A stretch of 50,907 bases of DNA from positions 1 to 50,907 of the forward strand of contig JANNHF010000141.1 in the NCBI GenBank assembly GCA_031404235.1, given 5' to 3'. The position numbers and the translations under genes were made by a program. The DNA is from Chloroflexota bacterium. GTDB lineage: Bacteria; Chloroflexota; Limnocylindria; P2-11E. The notes beneath the pieces are model-generated. The model searched no databases. It saw nothing but the letters and a program-made list of their open reading frames with translations, and was not told the origin of the DNA. Each line of letters starts with the position of its first letter. Positions within the stretch are counted from its first letter, which is position 1. Positions 48,989 through 50,907 of this stretch are shown here, piece by piece.

Positions 48989-50466
48989 TTGTGCTGCCAG
49001 AGTCGGTACTCGTTGAACAGCGGTGGTCCTTCCTCCGGCGCGCGGACGACGCGCTCGATGTAGATCAGCTCGAACGTGTCGAGCGGCATCTGTCCGGGCT
49101 GCAGGTGCATGTTGCGCGCGCGGCAAAAGTAGCGCGCGTACTCAAGACGATAATCCCCGTATCCCGCGTTGGCGATGCGCTCATGCACTTTGACCCAGCG
49201 CGTATACAGCGGGTCACTGTATCGCTCGCTACGGTCGTCAACGGGACGATCGCTGTACAGATCGAAGGTCGTGCCGTCGGTCAGACGCGCCAGTCCGAGC
49301 AGCCAGCCATCGGTACGCGCGGGGTCGGGCGAGAACATGTCCCAGCGCTGATCGAGCGAGAGGAAGCGGACCAAGCTCGCCACGTCGCCACTGGGACGGA
49401 GCGCCTCGAACTGCCTCGGTACCGCCGTCGAGAATACGAAGAGCGCGAACACCACCAGCGCGACCGCGGCGATGCGGCGCAGCCCAGTCCGTACACGCCG
49501 CGTCACCGTTGCCGATCCGGCCGGGAGCTGCTCGGCCGCGAAGGCGACGGCGCCATCCCACCATTCGAGGAGCGGATCCGGCAGCAGCGTCCGAAGCAGG
49601 CGCGAGGTCCATCCGACGAACGCGCGGACCCACGACGGCGGGACGAAGAGCACCAGCGACGACAGCATGATCACCGGGAAGTTCCCAACGTTCATCAATA
49701 GGAGGATGCCAAGGTGGAGTCCGGCCGCGGCGACCACCGCGATGAGTCGCGTCACCGTCGATGGGATCATCGCCAGCGGAAGGAATCCCAGCTCGACCGC
49801 GAGGGTTCCCCAGCTCATTAGCTGCGCGAGCAGCGGTTGGAGCGCGACGGGTCGGGCCCACCAGCGACCGAAGGTGTGCTCGAGCTGCAGCGCGTAGTAC
49901 GCCGCGGTGCCGTTCACCCACAGGTTGCCGCCGAGCTTCTCGATCCCGGTCGCGAGATAGATCCACGCGATCTGCAGCTCGAGGATCCGAACCGGTAACG
50001 CCCAGCCTTGCCCCGTGGCGGATCGAACGCTGCGCAGAGCGTCGATCGACCAGAGGCCGCCCGCATTCGTGAACATCAACCACAGCGGCACGAAGCGGAA
50101 GACCAGGTCGCTGCCGTCGAGGATCAGCGGATTGCGCCACTGGAAGCTCACGAGGAACACGAACGCAAGAAAGCTCATCAGTCGCGTGCGCCACCCGACG
50201 GTGAGCGCGAGCGCGACCGCGCATCCGACCGCCCACAGCAGAACGATCTGCCACCACTCGCCGACGGTATTCAGCAACGAGCCGCGATCGGGGTAGAACG
50301 CGATCAGCTGGCGCCGCGGAAAGATGCCCTCATCAGTGAAGAACGCGGTCAGGTTCGGATACAGCTGCCAGTACCAGTTGAACAGCTGCAGGCCGTAAAG
50401 GATCCGAAATAGGGCGATGGGCGCGAGGTCCGTTTGTCCAAGCCAGAACGAACGAAGGGCGCCCAC
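48982..50466 (-). CDS. HTTM-domain membrane protein
   Basis: ALFRIL, FFTDEG.FPR, VGWRTR, RNPLILDG.D, LDQRWDMFSPDP; likely GTG at 50466 after CACACT. Confidence 0.85.
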   Translation of the reverse strand: MGALRSFWLGQTDLAPIALFRILYGLQLFNWYWQLYPNLTAFFTDEGIFPRRQLIAFYPDRGSLLNTVGEWWQIVLLWAVGCAVALALTVGWRTRLMSFLAFVFLVSFQWRNPLILDGSDLVFRFVPLWLMFTNAGGLWSIDALRSVRSATGQGWALPVRILELQIAWIYLATGIEKLGGNLWVNGTAAYYALQLEHTFGRWWARPVALQPLLAQLMSWGTLAVELGFLPLAMIPSTVTRLIAVVAAAGLHLGILLLMNVGNFPVIMLSSLVLFVPPSWVRAFVGWTSRLLRTLLPDPLLEWWDGAVAFAAEQLPAGSATVTRRVRTGLRRIAAVALVVFALFVFSTAVPRQFEALRPSGDVASLVRFLSLDQRWDMFSPDPARTDGWLLGLARLTDGTTFDLYSDRPVDDRSERYSDPLYTRWVKVHERIANAGYGDYRLEYARYFCRARNMHLQPGQMPLDTFELIYIERVVRAPEEGPPLFNEYRLWQHKC

Positions 50467-50483
50467 CCGAACAGTGTGAGTAG

Positions 50484-50512
50484 AAAAGGAGGGGGCCGAC
50501 ATGGCCCCCTCC
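50484..50512 (-). terminator. Rho-independent terminator
   Basis: GGAGGGGGCC-N5-GGCCCCCTCC followed by TTTT on the minus strand. Confidence 0.8.
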
Positions 50513-50552
50513 CTGCGCAAGGCCAGGCCCGAGTGGGCCTGCGACCTTCGAG

Positions 50553-50885
50553 TTAAGTGGTGACCGGCTTCCTGCGCATGAGCAGTGCGCCGATCAGCAT
50601 GAGCACCGCGCCCACTCCGAGAAGTGCCTTCTCGCTTTCGGTGCTCGTCGAAGGCAGGGTCTGTATACCCGCGACCGCGGTCATCTGCGACTGACCCTGC
50701 GGAAGAGTTTGGACGCCACCCACCGCGACACCTTGACCCGCCGTGTTGCCGCCGCCGGTGTTGCCGCCGCCGGTGTTGCCGCCGGTGTTCCCGCCGGTGC
50801 TCCCGCCGGTGCTCCCGCCGCCGGTGTTGCCGCCGCCGGTGTTGCCGCCGGGGTTCGATCCGCCGGCGGCCGAGACGACGGTGTG
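50553..50885 (-). CDS. C-terminus of a surface protein: (GGNTG)n linker, LPSTS motif, TM and basic tail
   Basis: Hand translation ...GGSNPGGNTGGGNTGGGSTGG...VQTLPQ...IQTLPSTSTESEKALLGVGAVLMLIGALLMRRKPVTT*; in-frame TAG at 50886-50888. Confidence 0.7.
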   Translation of the reverse strand, partial: HTVVSAAGGSNPGGNTGGGNTGGGSTGGSTGGNTGGNTGGGNTGGGNTAGQGVAVGGVQTLPQGQSQMTAVAGIQTLPSTSTESEKALLGVGAVLMLIGALLMRRKPVTT

Positions 50886-50907
50886 CTAGACGCCGCAGTG
50901 TGCCAGG

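Noticed and set aside
50500-50520. ATG 50502 or TTG 50520 as the HTTM start
   Set aside because: They lie in or upstream of the terminator hairpin; GTG 50466 with a -10-like box fits better
50886-50888. Pyrrolysine or selenocysteine recoding
   Set aside because: No pyl or sel context; the site is at the window edge, and the redox motifs elsewhere use ordinary Cys codons

Overview
GC-rich (roughly 70% by eye), gene-dense bacterial chromosomal segment. It is probably a monoderm soil organism such as a member of Chloroflexota; this is an inference from lipoproteins, a sortase-like LPSTS-TM-basic tail and frequent leaderless genes. I found about 50 CDS and no rRNA, tRNA, CRISPR array, transposase or phage genes. 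Main blocks: a TAT-exported polyferredoxin plus cytochrome b pair; an IclR-hcrC-hcrA-hcrB-mocA (4-hydroxybenzoyl-CoA reductase-like) operon; erpA; yyaL; ABC transporters; htpX; an ECF/anti-sigma/ABC operon; kbl-tdh; two EamA transporters; an S41-ECF-S41 cassette; moeZ; a frameshifted MBL-like/S9 peptidase fusion; a class III cyclase-AAA-TPR protein; and an HTTM protein. The most striking signal is an ~81-bp structured repeat present twice inside operons (hcrC/hcrA and kbl/tdh junctions). Its only differences lie in two hairpin tips and preserve base pairing. Both copies are open in the same reading frame: one as the C-terminal tail of HcrC, the other as a 30-aa mini-ORF coupled to both neighbours (ATGA and TGATG overlaps). 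Other notable points are pervasive leaderless promoters with two apparent AUC starts, a pair of S41 lipoproteases with Lys replaced by Cys and a likely active-site disulfide, and several small gene relics.
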